Both the position numbers and the translations under genes were made by a program. Of a DNA stretch of 64,000 nt, positions 1 through 12,137 are shown one piece after another (the first letter of the stretch is position 1; the number at the start of each line of letters is the position of its first letter). Location: positions 3,701,665 through 3,765,664 of the forward strand of contig NC_092384.1 of NCBI RefSeq assembly GCF_030028105.1, read 5' to 3'. The stretch is from Mobula birostris (taxonomy: Eukaryota). The notes beneath the pieces were generated by a model, which was not told the DNA's origin, made no database searches, and worked only from the letters and a program-made list of their open reading frames with translations.

Positions 1-233
1 CCCAATCTTCGCTCAGAACTCACTGGTGGATGTTTATTGGAGGAAAGGGGAACAAAAACAATTTATAGACGCCACTGCAGACAGAAGGATGAGGATTATA
101 ACTTCGGAGCAAGGTTCTGCCGAATTCCATATCCTCGGGGTGAGCTTCGGTGACTCTGGAATCTATTATTGCAGTGTGAGTGACTGGACAAGAAAATTTT
201 CCAATGGCAATGGCACGAGCGTTATTGTACACG
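1..233 (+). CDS. Gene 1 Ig V-set exon (germline-joined VJ type, NKp30/SIRP-like); 5' part lies upstream of the window
   Basis: Frame from nt 2 reads PIFAQNSLVDVYWRKGEQKQFIDATADRRMRIITSEQGSAEFHILGVSFGDSGIYYCSVSDWTRKFSNGNGTSVIVH. It has the V-set Trp, DSGIYYC and J-like GNGT motifs, and a phase-1 donor CACG|GTAAAT at 233/234. Confidence 0.93.
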
Positions 234-1399
234 GTAAATCTCACTCGGTGTGTCTTAGACAAATGCAACTATTAAATTTAGCGGAGCGCTTTAGATCTTG
301 ATAAAGTCGAAAAAGGGACTGCCACTCTACCCACAATAGTATTCTTCCGTTCGGGTTTGCATAACCACTCTTTACCGTTGGTGGAACAGTGTAATCCCCG
401 AAAGAACATTGTTTTCTCATTTCAAATAACTTTAAGCTCCTTTTTTATCTGGAGATTTAATTCATGGGATGTACATCTGATGAAGCACGTTAAGTCCGTA
501 GATAGGCAATTATTGAAATAGAATGTTACATGTGTTAACTGAAATTATTTCATCCGATTGTAGACCTGTGAGTTGCAGCTAATGACGTGTCTTTCGTAAG
601 CTAAGAGTTCAGCGATTACCTGCGGAATATCAAATCGATTCTGGAAAAAGTTCTAATGCTTGGTCAGCATATACAACGAATAACCGCTTCTTGGGTTTCC
701 AGCCGGGTACAAATATCAATTGTAACCGATGTATCGATTGCATACTCTGCCATTCTTAGAAAAGCCCGAGAAGAGTTTATTTGGAAACTCGAGTCTGTCT
801 GTCACTTTGCAAATGGAAAAAAAGAATAATGTTTGTTATATGTATTTAAATAATTCGCGAATGGAGAACTTCTAAACAGAATTAACTTCTAATCAGATTC
901 AGAATCAGTATTAAAATCATCGGCATACGTCGTGAAATTCGGTAACGTACCGGCAGCAGTACAATATAAAGCACAATAAAACGTAACAATATAGGAAAAA
1001 GATAAAATCAGTAAATAATTTAAAGTTGTCGTTCAGTCGTTAAGTCTTTAAGTCGAGTTCGACTCTTCGTGACGTCGTGGACCATAGGGTATACAGGGTG
1101 TTCATGGCGAGATACGGAATTAGATTGCCAGGCATTTGTCCCGCGCAGATACTGCTGCTGTCATGGCTGGTACCCGGCTGGGTTTGAACTCAGTTCCATC
1201 GGTCTTGGAGTCCAGTGCCGATGCACTGCGGTAGTGTTCATAGGTTCATTATCCATGAGAAATCGGATAGCAGAGAGGAAGAAATATTTCTTTGAATCGC
1301 AAAATGTGTCATCACGCTTTTATACCTCCTTCCTCACGATTAGAATGAGAAGTGGAAATGTCCTGGGTAATGGAAGTCCCTAATGATGGACGCAGCCCT

Positions 1400-2300
1400 C
1401 CCGAGACACTGCTACTTGAAGGTGTCATGGATACTATGGATGCTAGCACCCATGATAGAACTGACTCGTTATATAACTTACTGCAGCTTCTTTCGATCAG
1501 TACAGTAGTCGCTCCCCAGTATGCCAGGCGGTGATGCAACCTGTCAAAATGCTCTCATGGTACATGTTTAAAAGTTCTCGAGGCTCTTAGGTGACAAACC
1601 AAATCTCCTCAAATTTCCAATGAAATAAAGACACTATCTTGCCCCCATTATAGCAACGTCGATATGTTAGGACCAGGTTAGTTCCCCAGAGATATTGACA
1701 CCAAGGAACTTGAAATTGCCCACTCTCTCCAAATTTGAGGATTGGTTTATGACTCCTCTTCCTACTGTTTCTGAAGACCTCGGTCAACTTTCTTGTCTTA
1801 CTGACGTTGAGTGAAAGGTCGTTGCTGCAACTCCACTCAGCTGGTTAATATCGCTGTCTGCTGTACGTCCTCCCCTTTCCATCTGAGATTCTGCCAACAA
1901 TTGTTGTATCATTACCAAATGTATTGCTGACATTTTAGCTATTCCTAGCTACATAGCCATGGATATAGAGAGAGTAGAAAATTGGGCCAAGGGCACATTC
2001 CAGAGATGCACCAGTGTTGATCCTCAGTGAGGAGGAGTTATTGATACAAATTATTTTCTTCAGGTCAGCAAGTCGAGAATCCAATTTCAGAGTGAGGTAC
2101 AGAGACCCATAGCTTATCAATCAGACTGTAAGAATGATGGTGATAAACGCTGTAGTCAATAAACTGCAAACAGCATCGTGACAAGGTGTTGGTATTGTCC
2201 TGGTGATTTAAGGCCGTCTGATAATCCACTGATTGTGGTTCTAGTCCTGTGAGGTACCATATCAGCTGCCGTAGATTCTGATTCTGAAAAACACAGCAGC
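1400..2300. mobile_element. Rex/Babar-like LINE fragments
   Basis: Decayed pieces related to 41900-42330 and 58345-58830. Confidence 0.55.
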
Positions 2301-5300
2301 TTACACTATATGAATTCGTCCGTCAATACCTATTAGGAACCATCACACGGTTTTACAGTACCGTAGTGGTATTGACGGTTTTCTAGATTGTTCTCTGTTT
2401 TATAAAAACAACATAGTTTATTACTTAGTTTAGAATGCAGAATCTGTGCAATTCTATGCCCAATGAAGCAGTGGAGGCTACCTCAGTTAACATATTTAAG
2501 AGAAGGTTGGATAAGAGTTTTGCATATTACAGAAGTTAACGATTATGGAGAAAAATCAGGTTGATATGGAGATGAGTCCATGACCAGAGCATCCATAATC
2601 TTATTGAATGATGGAGAAGGCGCGATGGGTCAGATGGCCTTCTTCTGCTCCTATTTCTTATGTTCTTAAGTACTCAGTTATACAGTAGAAAGTGCAAAAG
2701 AGCAAAACAATGATATTATTAATTTAAACATATTAAACATTTCATGAAATTTTGCGAGTTTCAGTGGTGAATGCAGTATAGCATGTAATATAAGTTTGTC
2801 TTGGAGGCAGAGATTGGTAAAGTAAATGGCAGTATGTTTGCTCAGGATGGAAGGCAGAACACATTAAATCACACAATTGAGCATTGTACATATAATTAAT
2901 GCAACGTGTATCAAAAGATGGGTCCAAAGAAGGTAAAAATAGAAAGACTTGTTAAATTCAGAATTCCTAAATATTTAACGGTTGTAACCCTGCTTGGGAT
3001 GATATGTCCTTGTTGAAAAGCCCGGGGCATGGACTGTGGACAGACGAAATTCCTTTCTAAGCTGTCACTGGGAAATTTATAATTTATTTTGCTCAGCAAT
3101 TAAACCGTAATTTCTGGTCATCATTGTCATCAATGTATTGGAAGCAACCTATATTTAAATATGTGCCTCTTTTCACCTTGTGTCTGCATTACCGCATCAA
3201 GCAAGATTGAAAATTACTACAGCACTATGTTCCCCCCCAGAAAGGACGGTACTTTTCTTTTTGTTTCAATATTATTTTCCAGTTTTTTTTTTCCGGAGCT
3301 CAACGATGTTAGTCTGGAAAAAAAAAAAAATCCTTCTTTATATTCCGTTCTGAACGTCATGGAATTTTCATCATTTTGTTATAACTTGCTGCAGCCTCAG
3401 AGACAAAGCAAAAAAATAGAGCGTCCAAAACATTACACAAACAATGATCCGTGACATTTTAAAATAAATATTTCACCAGATTCATTTGAAATAATGGCAA
3501 ATGGTATAATACCTTTGGCAGATTTGCTTCATAAATTCTGTTCTGTTCACAAGAGAATTGCAGATTTTAGCTTTATTCTTTCATGTTTCCTGCAATTCCT
3601 GCTTATCATTTTCCTCCTGTTATTTATTCTTTTTTCATTCCCCTGGTTAAACCCGATTCCAGCAGGTCCGACATGCTGACTTCTACAATCTTGCTCTCTC
3701 GATCCTCTGCGTCCATCAAGCATTTTTTGTTTATTCCTTTACCTGCTGCAATACTATTTATTCCGTAAAGATAAGTTTACGTCAACTTCTGGAGCCATAG
3801 AGATCCTCTGATGAATATCTTCCACAGAACATCTAGGTATACAGATTCAGGATGTAGACCAGACATTCGGGTAGGATCGCTGAATTATTCCCCAGGAAGG
3901 ATGTGCTTGCGATTTGCACTGAGTGGATAACGGTATTTTTTTTTTCTTGAATTGGAAGCCGTTGCTCTACATAGGTTTGGGTTGGAGTTATGACGAAATA
4001 TCACGAAATATTTTGAGAACTCGTCAGAACGCAATCTTTCAGGCCTCTAGCAAAGTTGTCCGCAACCCTTTGTTTCAAACAAGGCAAGCATGTGGCTGAC
4101 GGTGTGTTGTGCTCAGGCTACACAGAACTTACAGCGGGTTCAGAGAATTAGAACACAGGAGTAGAACGTTGTGTGTTAAATAAGAGGAAATTTACTCTGA
4201 CACAACCAAAGAGAGGGGTCGAGTGTTTCGTCACTGGTGAGGGGTTGCAAGGATTTGGTAGTCACTGAGTTCTGTTCTTGTCTGTGAATGTTACACCTGA
4301 ACCCCGTCCGGTGAGGAAACCGCATACTGTCAGAGAGCATCAAAATGAATGACGGAAGAAACAGTTTATTAAGGAAATAATGAAATCCAAACATTATATA
4401 TTACAACACCTGAGATTCCAAGGCGTTATTGAAGGAATGACATGAAATGTCGCTAAATAACCTACACCAGAGCAACCTCACTGCGCTGCCTTTGGATCAT
4501 TAACTGTATTGATGTAGTAATGTATTCTTGTGATAGGCAACTGACAACTGGAAGCTTACTTTGAAACGATTCGCGTCTTAAGGAGCTGAGGACAATGACC
4601 AATTACAATCACGTCTTTCTTGTTGTTGCTGAATCTGACCAAGCTACACGAACGCCTGTGCTTCTGCTTAAATCGGATATTTTTTTTCTTGTTCATAACT
4701 AGATGGAGAGCAACTCTGCCGTGGATGGTCCCTAGAATGCCTGCGAAAGGAGGAGGGTTGGGCCAGAAATAATACTTACGTTAATTCTGGCTCGTTTTCT
4801 TACATCTCTGTTTTGTTTCATTTCCCATTGCCAACTATAATCAGTTTCCACTCCAAGCGGATTTGGCAAAATTATTTCTCCCCGGCAGCAAAGTCATGGT
4901 ACATTTCACCTTCCAACTTGAAAGTGAAAATGCAAATCGGCCATGATCTTTCAGTGTGTTAGAAAACATATTGTTCTTTTTCTTGCATGTTGACAGACAG
5001 GAGAAACTGCAGGAAACCAATTAACTGCTGAAATTGTAGGGTTATTAAAATGCACAAAAATAGTTTGAATTTTGTTCACACGCGTCGTAGATTTATGCAA
5101 CTTAGACCGTCACTTCTGAACCCAAATCTGACATGCAGAACACACCCCAATATCCCTAAACACATTTTCTTTTTTTTCTATTCATGCGCATGTTTGATTT
5201 TTTTTTTTTTTTTTTTGGTTTGGCATTCTCATTTTATCCCGCTTCCTCAGCTTCCTACTAGCATGTGTGTAGAAAAAAAAAACCTTTTAGGTTCAATTTA

Positions 5301-5319
5301 AACCTATGCACTTTTATTT

Positions 5320-5700
5320 AAAGTCCATCCCTCAGGTTGCAGACGCTGCAAATCTGGGAAGAAGACTTTGACTATCCACGTTATCTTGGTCCTTATAACT
5401 TCATAAGCATCTATCAGATCACCCTTCGACCTCTTTCTCTGCAGACAATGAGTCGTAGATTCTCCATGTAAATGAAACCCTCCAAACCCAGTGCTGCAGG
5501 CATTCATTCCAGATTAATGACGCCTATACTGGGGCGAGGCCAAGAGAACTACGGACAACACCTCAAGTATGTTCTCACCAACGGCTTTTGCAATTTCAGC
5601 CTGACGTCCCAATTCCTGACCAGCACAGGGAGGAATGTCAAACTGCCGTCTTCGCCATATTTCCCAACTGTGTCACTACTTTGAGGGATTAGGCACGTAC
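5320..5700 (-). mobile_element. CR1 3' fragment, reverse (paralog from about 63915)
   Basis: KGDLIDAYEV-type C-terminal ORF2 motif on the minus strand. Confidence 0.75.
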
Positions 5701-7530
5701 AGTACCAGGGTTCTGTTTATGTCAACACTCCCTATGGAACTCCCAATTACTGTTTAAGCTTTAGTTCAGTTTAATGTAGAAAATAGAGCACATCGCTATA
5801 CGTTATTTTTCGTATTGCAAACAGGTTTGTTCCGGGTAAACATGTTGGAACTAGGAGTCTTAATGCGACACCGATTAGAGCATTGTTGGATAACCAATCG
5901 TATGTGTGATGAATTCTGAGAGATTTAATTATTGCCCTTACAGGAATTTGATCAGTTGACATTTCAATGCCTGTCGATTTTACAGAATGATGTTGTGCCA
6001 CACTAATTTCAGCTAAGCATTGCAACACGCACAAGTTCCATATCCTCTCCATATATACTGATTTCCACCTCCAGTCCATTCAGATAGATATCTTTATTTC
6101 ATCCTCTCTAAATAATAACATATCATCAAACAAGTTACAGAACAGTTGATACAACACTTATTCCTGATTTTAAAGTGATATTTTTATTTCTGCTTATAAA
6201 TTGATCTGTTTTTCTCACTAAAACTAGTGTAGGATTTACACTCTGTACAAGAAGGAGATTTGTTCTCACAACAGCTTCTTGGGTTCTCTATTGCTGCTGA
6301 ATTACATTGTAAATTGATCGTTTTTTCCTTAAATGTTTTTTGATAGTAACACAATCTATTGTATTATGAATTACTCACTGCATCATTTTGCATCACTGTG
6401 TCATTAATCAAAATCTCGCACGTCCTTCTGCATTGTAAGATTTTGGCCGTTAACCATACTAGATAGTCTAGACCACCTTGCGTGCAAAACCTTCTTCCCT
6501 TAAGTTTCTCCAAGAATAGTTAACCTGCGTTTTGTTATCAACTCTTCCCGCTTTGCTTTGACTCAATCTCGCCCACCTGATTGGTTCTGTACCAATACCA
6601 ATCCGAGATGTGGAGCTGGTATCTGCAGTGAAGGTCCAAAATTCAAGGTTCAAGATTGCTTCATGTAATTTCCTGTACTCAGGTATAAAGGAGAATGAAA
6701 TAATTATTACGCAGGATCCGATACAATGCAACTAAACGCTTGATAACAACACAATTACAATAAAATACACAATAAATTTAATTGCATGCGTTAGCTAAGA
6801 GAGGTTTGCTCTACTATCAAATTATTTTTTTATATATATGTAACACGCTGTAAGTATATTGACGTGACTAAACGTGTATATATTTTCAATCGGTATGAAA
6901 ATTCGATGAAAGATATAATGGGATTCAAACTGAATTCAGTATTTGCAGAAATAATTCATTTGTTTTTGCAATAGGTACTGGGGTTCTGTTGTTTCGTCGT
7001 ATAACAATTACGGCATATAGAACATTAGAAGAATTACGAAGACCTAAGCCAAAATGCTTTACAACACAACACATTACAGAATGTGCAGAACGTTCTTACA
7101 ATGTAAATCCGATAATTTATAAAATGTGAATTTAAGGGTTAGATTAAACTAACAAAAACAAACTAACAAACTAACAAAAACAAACCATTCTTATTGTAGC
7201 TTTTTGCATGTGGAATAAAGAAAAAATAAATAGTGGTCACGGAGTCATGGGGTAACGCAGAAAGCTTTTATGTAATTTCTCCGTGATACCTTCACCTGAA
7301 ACTTCAGTGTTCTAGTCAATGAAAAAATAAAAAAAAACTAAGGAAAATGTACATCGCCACATAAAACTTCATGCTAAGATACGTAACCTGCTTGATTTGA
7401 GATTAATGTTTTCCAGTTAAATTCAAATTAACATTCCAGGTTGTGAAGAATAATTTTCTGTCAGCGATTATTTTCTCTGATAATGGTGCGTTTAGGCATG
7501 CTAGCTCTTTTTCTTTTAAATCATTTGCAG

Positions 7531-7809
7531 TTCCGCCGGTGCCGTTGAAAATCACCGAAGAGAACTCTCCTTCCGTGGCGCTGACGTGCACGACTACTGC
7601 TTTTTTCCCGAAGAACTATGAGCTCATATGGTATAAAAATGAAATGGAAATCACTTCTGGAATACATACCACACAAAAACAGAACGAGGAGGGATTATAT
7701 CTCGTTTCAAGCTCCCTCAATGTAACAGAAAGCTGGTCTGTTTATACTTGTCAGGTGTTTCATGAATCTATGAGGGCGCCAATATCCGAGTATTATAGAA
7801 TCCGATTGG
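7531..7809 (+). CDS. Gene 1 Ig C1-set exon
   Basis: Polypyrimidine tract TTTGCAG|TT, 279 nt phase 1-1, donor TTGG|GTAAGA. Reads (V)PPVPLKITEENSPSVALTCTTTAFFPKNYELIWYKNEMEITSGIHTTQKQNEEGLYLVSSSLNVTESWSVYTCQVFHESMRAPISEYYRIRL, with C1 motifs LTC...FFP...W, GLY.VSS.L.V and YTCQV.H. Confidence 0.92.
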
Positions 7810-7978
7810 GTAAGAGGCTTATATTCTCAACCGCTTGTTTTATGTCTGGCATTTATCAATCCCTCACAAACAGAGAAAAAGGGAACATATTCAAATGGGG
7901 AAAGGGAAATGTAAGGCGGTGGCTATACGAAGAAGAGTAAGATATCATATTATACTGCTGCTGTTTCCTGCTTCAAGG

Positions 7979-7984
7979 AATAAA
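7979..7984 (+). terminator. Candidate intronic polyadenylation signal after the C1 read-through stop
   Basis: AATAAA 38 nt after the in-frame TAA at 7938-7940. Motif only. Confidence 0.3.
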
Positions 7985-9001
7985 ATATGCAACAAAAATG
8001 GCGTAACTCCTTTACTTTTCCATATCAAGTATTTCTAAATCCCTGTTATCGACAATGCAGATTTGCCTTTTTTAATGTTACTTTACCTTTGCACAATCAG
8101 ATTCACTGAATTATATGATCACTGAATTATATGACCTGATATGAGTTGTTGTTTGGCAGTTGTACAATGCAGTCATAGACCATAAGTTATAGTGCAGTCA
8201 TAAGTTACATATATAAATCAGTAGTACAAAAATGTTTGCGTATGGAAAGAAAATGTTTCATATCGGTGTGTGGGGGTCTTCAGTTATCTCCTCCACCACG
8301 GAGCAAAGTGAAGAATGCATGCACTTTCGACTTCATCTCTAACAGAAATATACTTTCCTGGATCTTCTGTAACGCGTCGCAATCTTACTGCAATTGAACA
8401 CAATATCACAATATCAAAGACCATAGTTCAATAAAAATGCAGCATGACTTCACTTCTTTTAATTCCATATTTCTACCGACGAATGGCATAAGCCTTTTTA
8501 TCAACTTCGCAACTTACCCTGACATGTTATTATCAATAAAAGTAAGCACTTTTTCCGTTCATCTGGTTTAAAACAACATATTGATATCCCTAATTCTGCA
8601 CACCAAGCTGCTACACCTTATATTAGCCTGCCTGCCTATTATATCAGAGCTCGTATCTGCTAAATTTTGCCGGCACAACTCACAACACTACCTAGAAATT
8701 CTGTTTTGCGCCATCTTATTCTTTGACCTGAGATCGCTTGCGTGTATTTTCCAGCCCTCGTTTCAATCCATGCCTTGTCAACTTATTCAACAGTACAGAA
8801 TTATTGATGAAAGTAAGCGGAATTAAATGTTGATATTATTACTTATTAATGTCCTACGTATATCCACGTTTTATTTAAATTTGCAAGTTATTACTAAGGC
8901 AATTAGGTCAAGCTGTGAAAGAAAATATGGATCGCCTTCTTTACGTTCAATTGTTTAATCTGTTTAAAATGCTAATGTTTGACTTCTATTGCACACCTCA
9001 G

Positions 9002-9112
9002 GAAGCAGAGACAAGTTCATCTTAATCCTGACGGGTGCACTTGCAGCATGCGGAGCCATTATCCTAGTGCTGTTGTTACTTATGAGGCGCTGCAGAGTAG
9101 ACAGGACTGAAG
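9002..9112 (+). CDS. Gene 1 transmembrane exon (no charged TM residue)
   Basis: Acceptor CCTCAG|GA, donor GAAG|GTAAGA, 111 nt phase 1-1. Reads GSRDKFILILTGALAACGAIILVLLLLMRRCRVDRTE: a hydrophobic stretch followed by an RR stop-transfer. Confidence 0.88.
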
Positions 9113-9601
9113 GTAAGACGTTACAATGCCCTGGCCCATATTTAGTTTCACTAGCATATTGGAGTTAAAATGGCCGTGAGAAGGGTAAAACATCCATGAT
9201 GAGAAATACGTTTAGGTAGATGTGCTTGAGAGTCTATCTGACAGCTGAGTGTTGTGTGCAGAACAAGATTTAAAACGCATTTTACTCGATGTTACTGAAT
9301 TTTGCAACAACTAAAAACGGTATTGTTAACTCTGCAAGAAATGTTACAAATTTAGAACGTTTGTTGCCGCAGGACAACATATGCCAGCCACAGAGTTTGA
9401 GTAATTCTAGGCAATACAATAGGTCATTTTTTTATTACCAGTAACATCATCATTGGGTGGTTTGATAAAATGACAAGAATGGCATCAGATCACTGGCCTA
9501 TTTCGAACGGATCTGGTTGCTCCCGGAATATTCAATAACATTCGGTGCGCCTGTTCACATGCTGAGGATGAAATTGGTCACTTTTTTATTTCCTCTATTA
9601 G

Positions 9602-9645
9602 CAGCGGAAAATGATGAGAACTTAAGTCGCTACCTGGAAAATCAG
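9602..9645 (+). CDS. Gene 1 short cytoplasmic exon (Cyt1)
   Basis: Pyrimidine tract plus TAG/CAG tandem acceptor, donor CAG|GTAAGA, phase 1-0. Reads AAENDENLSRYLENQ. A paralog at 35546 keeps the same splice sites. Confidence 0.8.
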
Positions 9646-9734
9646 GTAAGATTAATATTATTATGACATATACAGGGGTTTACATATTTTGTACATACAC
9701 CTAATATCAGTAACACATAATTAGAGCAACAGAA

Positions 9735-10335
9735 TGGCTGTCACTTTGCGTGTAACACCTTATGTTCTAGGATCGCATGGTTCATTTTTGTTTTGTATCT
9801 CTGGCTTATGTAGTGCAGCATCTTCAGTGATATATTTATTCAGAGGAGTTTCACAAGGACAATTCCAGGAATGAAAGCTGTATCACACGAGGGAAGTTTG
9901 ATGACTCTGCATCTGTACTTGCTGGAATTCAAAAGGCTGAGGGGGATCTTACTGAAACCTTTCGAATGTTGAAAGGCCTAGACAAAGTAGATGTGGAAAT
10001 GATGTTTCCCGTGGTCGGAGAGTCTCGGACAAGACAGCAAAGCCTCAGGATAGACGGGCGCCCTTCCAGACCGAGAGGCGGAGAATGTTCTTTAGCCAAA
10101 AGTTGTGATTTTTTTTTCCCCGCATATCGCTGTGTAGGCCAATTCATTAGGTGTATTTAAGGCAGAGATGGACAGGCTCTTGATTGAACATGGCATCAAA
10201 AGTTACGGGAAGAAGGCCGGGAACTGGAGTTCAGGAGAAGAAAGTAAATGATTAGGCATGGTTGAATGGCAGAGCAAACTCGATGGGCCATATGGCTTAA
10301 TTCTGCTCCTATGTCTTATGGTCTTCTGGTCTTAT
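9735..10335 (+). mobile_element. CR1 3' end fragment (paralog about 35690-36280)
   Basis: MLKGLDKVDVEMMFPVVGESRTR and a typical CR1 tail. Confidence 0.85.
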
Positions 10336-10491
10336 TCAGGAACTCGTTAAGTTATCCAAGTCACTACATTTGATATTTTAACTAATCAGACTGAATGTGC
10401 GTGAATCATTTTACTTGAGTCCAGTCATTTTCTAATTGGACATTAATACTAACAAAATAAAGGTTAGGTCGGTAGCTACTGCAGTGGCATG

Positions 10492-10670
10492 CAATTGTTT
10501 GGACACCCCGGCCAAAATTTCTGTTACTGTGAATAGTTAAGTGAGTACAAGATGAACTGATCTCCAAAAGTCATAAAGTTAAATATGAAACATTATTTTC
10601 AACATTTTAAATTTAGAGTATTATTGTTGTTTTCTACAATTTTAGAGTGAAAAAATGAAAGGAGACAAAA
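10492..10670 (+). mobile_element. Tc1/mariner left end (TIR), continued at about 16785
   Basis: CAGTGGCATGCAA..TTTGGACACCCC TIR. The paralogous copy at 36416 is uninterrupted. Confidence 0.75.
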
Positions 10671-11189
10671 GGTCGCGATTTTGTGCAATTTGTTGCCACT
10701 TATAGCTGTGGAGGCCAGGTCATTGGTTGTATTTAAGGCAGAGATGGATTGATTCTTGATTGAGCATGGCATCAAAGGTTACGGGGACAAGGCCGGGAAC
10801 TAGAGTTGAGGAGGAGAAAATAAAGCAGAGCAGACTCGATGGGCCAGATGGCTTAATTCTACTCTGTGTCTTATGGTCTTATGATCTTATTCAGGAGCTG
10901 TTGAAGTTCCTGGTGCATTTGATATTTTTACCTTATCGGACTGAACCTGCGTGAATCATTTTACTTGAGGCCCATAATTTTCTATTTGGGCATTCGTACT
11001 AACAAAGTAATGTTTAGGATGGTAGATGGTGCTAATATTTGAGAGATTATGGTGTCGACGTCGTCAGACCCCACGACATGGGCGTCATCTTTAGAACGTG
11101 TCGACATCATAATCTGTCAGAATTCAGCACTAGACACCCTTCTATTTATTTCGTTAGTATATACGCACACACACACGTACACTTGCAAA

Positions 11190-12005
11190 GTGTATGGTTA
11201 TGCACATTGGCAGAAGAAATAAATGGACAGACTATTATTTAAATGGGAAGAGAATTCAAACTACTGAGATGCAACAGGACAGGGGAGTCCTCGTGCAGGA
11301 TACCCTTAAGGTTAAACTCCAGGTTGACTCGGTGGTGAAGAGGGCGAATGCAATGTTGGCATTTATTTCTAGAGGAATAGAGTACACTCGCAGGGATGTG
11401 ATGCTGAGGCTCTATAAGGCGCTGGTAAGACCTCACTTGGAGTACTGTGGGCACTTTTGGCCTCTTTTTTTTTTAAGAAAGGATGTGCTGATGTTGTAGA
11501 GGGTACAGAGAAGATTCACTAGAATGAGTCCGGGAATGAGAAGGTTAACATGTGTGGTACGTTTTCCCGCTCTCGGACTGTATTCCTTGGAGTTTAGAAG
11601 AATGAGGGGGACCTCATAGAAACATTCGGAATGTTGAAAGGCATGGACAGAGTGGATGTGGCAAAGTTGTTTCCCATGATGGGGGAGTCTGGAACGAGAC
11701 GTCATGACTTGAGGATTGAAGGGCGCCCATTCAGAACAGAGATGCGAAGATTTTTATTTTAGCCAGAGGGTGGTGAATCTATGGAATTTGTTGCCACAGG
11801 CGGCAGTGGAGGCCAAGTCATTGGGAGTATTTAAGGCAAAGATTGATATGTATCTGAGCAGTCAGGTCATCAAAGGTTATGGTGAGAAGGCGGGAGAATG
11901 GGACTAAATTGGAGAATGGATCAACTCATGATAAAATGGCCGAGCAGACTCGATGGGCCGAATGGACGAATTCTGCTCCTTTATCTTATGGTCTTATGGT
12001 CCTTA
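11190..12005 (+). mobile_element. CR1 3' fragment
   Basis: LYKALVRPHLEYC motif and CR1 tail. Confidence 0.88.
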
Positions 12006-12137
12006 TATATATTATATATTTATGCCATCATCATATCGATGCAATTACAAGGAAGGCATGGCAGAAACTATATTTGATTTGGAGTTTGAAGAGATTCGGC
12101 ATGTTATCAAAGACACTAGCAAGTCTGTACAGATATA

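Noticed and set aside
20-268. Antisense ORFs over the V exons (also 57975-58172 and 60677-60874)
   Set aside because: They are shadows of the sense V exons and are shared only because the exons are paralogous.
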